Source of the DNA: Marsupella aquatica
Taxonomy: Eukaryota; Plantae; Marchantiophyta
NCBI GenBank assembly: GCA_973895155.1
Contig: OZ316899.1
Coordinates: forward strand, 6,947,241 to 7,011,240
Length of the DNA stretch: 64,000 nt
Direction of reading: 5' to 3'
A program made the position numbers and the translations under genes. This document shows positions 62,331-64,000 of the stretch, piece after piece. Numbering within the stretch: the stretch's first letter is position 1; every line of letters begins with the position of its first letter. The notes beneath the pieces are model-generated. The model saw only the letters and a program-made list of their open reading frames with translations. It was not told the DNA's origin and did not search any database.

Positions 62331-64000
62331 AGGTTTATGTAAGAAACTTGTCATTTTTTTGTTTTTTGAACAAGGAATAGTAAGAAAGACGTTTTAAGTG
62401 CTATCGGAGTAACTAGGTTTTAGGAACTTAAGTAGGTAGAATAGGAAAGATAGTGGAATGGAAGGTTACTGAGTTGTAAGCAAGTGCCAAGGGATAAGAA
62501 AGGTCTTTATGATGGGGCATACAACGTTCCGTCCTTATTAGAATAGGCGACTATTCCGAGCTGGAGAAACAACCCGACACTTGAAGTCTTACTTTTGGTT
62601 CAGATTTTTCCCATAGATGCTAGGAGGTCCCTAGAGCACCCCTAAAAAGTTAGATGTCAAGTGGGGTCTCAACCTAGGGTTTCCTTGTGTTTTGGTGTGA
62701 CTTAAATTAACAAAATAGCGGGTCCCGGGAAAATAAGCTGATGAGTAAATTTAGGAGTTCCAAGTTTGGAATTGGGTTAAATATGGTCCACTATATCCCT
62801 GGAAACTTGTGGTAGAAGCTGGGTATCTTTGGTTACTTTTTGGGAGCATCTCAAAGGTGAGAAGAATTTTGGAAAACATAATAATTGACCCACTTTACCT
62901 AATTTTAGAAAATCTGTGATAAGGTTTTGTTTAGATATTAGTAAACCGGGACATAGTCCTATGTCCAGAGAATATGTATATAAACTCAGAAGTCATTTTG
63001 GACTCATGTGTGATTTTTGGGGGCGGTCCAAAATGGCCTGGAAATACTGTTTTCCCAACAAAAAAATCCAAAATTTTTCTAAGTGTCAACCGCGTCACGG
63101 CGACCACGACCTAAGCACGAGGCCGGGGCGACTCAAGCACGAGGTCAGGAACACCATAAGGGTCAATACATGAGATGCTTGCTTTGAATTGGGATCAAGA
63201 GACAGCTACGAAATTGAATTGAGCTGCTATAGCTTCAGGCATGGGATGCTGATCAGAATTGGCTGGCCGCCTTGATGCTGCTGATTGGAATCAAGCTGCG
63301 TGCTATGGAGAAATAGGCTGCTGCTGATCAAGAGCTAGTTGGCTGGCTGTGAGCTATGGTGGGCTATGAAATTGAAGGGCTGGCAGCTGATCAGACTTAC
63401 TGTTGCACCAGAATTAGAAGGGCTAGCTTCAAGCATGAGATGTTGAGTGTTGGCTGATTAGTAAGTATGTTGCTAGCTCAATAGTGTTGCTGCTTTGCTA
63501 GCTATGAAGTTGAGAAGGGTGAGCTATGGCCGGCTGCTGGAGAATAGAGCTAGGCTGCTAGCAAATTGATTAAATGTAGTAGCAAAAGGACCAGCTGCAG
63601 GAAGAACAAGGGCTAGCTGTGAATTGGTGGGCTATGGCTGCTGCAAAATTCTGCTGCGATTTTGAATCACCTGCAAGACTGGATGGCTATGGAGGTGGAC
63701 TAAGAAGGCTGCTGCAAACCGGGCTGAGCTATCGATTGACCTGCTGCCATTCAAATCCAACAGATCATGTTGCACTTTCAGATTGAATTCAAGAGAGAGG
63801 AAAATGACTGCGAAAATTGATGTCCTTATCAAATTCTTCATAAGAAACGAGAGTATAATGAGAGTACTCTCCCCCGATGACACCTGGAATCTCCATAAGG
63901 GGCGTGTAAAGTAAGTGTAATCGGGTCGCCGCTTACACCCGCTTTACACCAAAAACAGGCCTTGGGAGAATGGGCATAACTTTGGCTAGGGGTATCCGTT

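Noticed and set aside
62330-64000. Possible LTR or leader of another retroelement
   Set aside because: No terminus, partner repeat or coding motif can be confirmed within the window.

Overview
Eukaryotic, intron-containing DNA made almost entirely of nested transposable elements, with no recognisable host gene. The TE content suggests a non-seed land plant, possibly a liverwort (inference). Contents in order: (1) a Mutator-like (MULE) element with two divergent genes (1-~13972), into whose shared promoter a young intact Ty1/copia element of Bianca type has inserted (1844-8244; identical 135-bp LTRs, TATCT TSD); (2) large TG..CA LTR-like units that each carry a coiled-coil ORF (13973-18070, 24444-28396 with a TTTAC TSD, 42242-~44857); (3) a decayed second Bianca-like copia; (4) a CACTA element (from 24216) whose transposase locus also holds a SET-domain exon and a 5'-truncated LINE; (5) a second CACTA nested in the first; (6) a copia 3' half; (7) an inverted, diverged second copy of the two-gene MULE (~50040-58130) interrupted by a 2-kb non-autonomous element with a 9-bp TSD; (8) a decayed Ty3/gypsy pol. 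The best candidate for an undescribed system is the MULE: it pairs a GCM-like/DDE/SWIM transposase with a divergent cargo gene encoding a ParB-like (DGNHR) domain and a beta-class N4C/N6A DNA-methyltransferase-like domain, and its promoter, introns and ends carry a recurring 18-bp palindrome, GCTAGCGAnnTCGCTAGC. The second candidate is the CACTA locus, where one Zn-finger first exon can splice in frame to either the transposase or a SET domain. All domain calls are by-eye motif recognition, not database searches.
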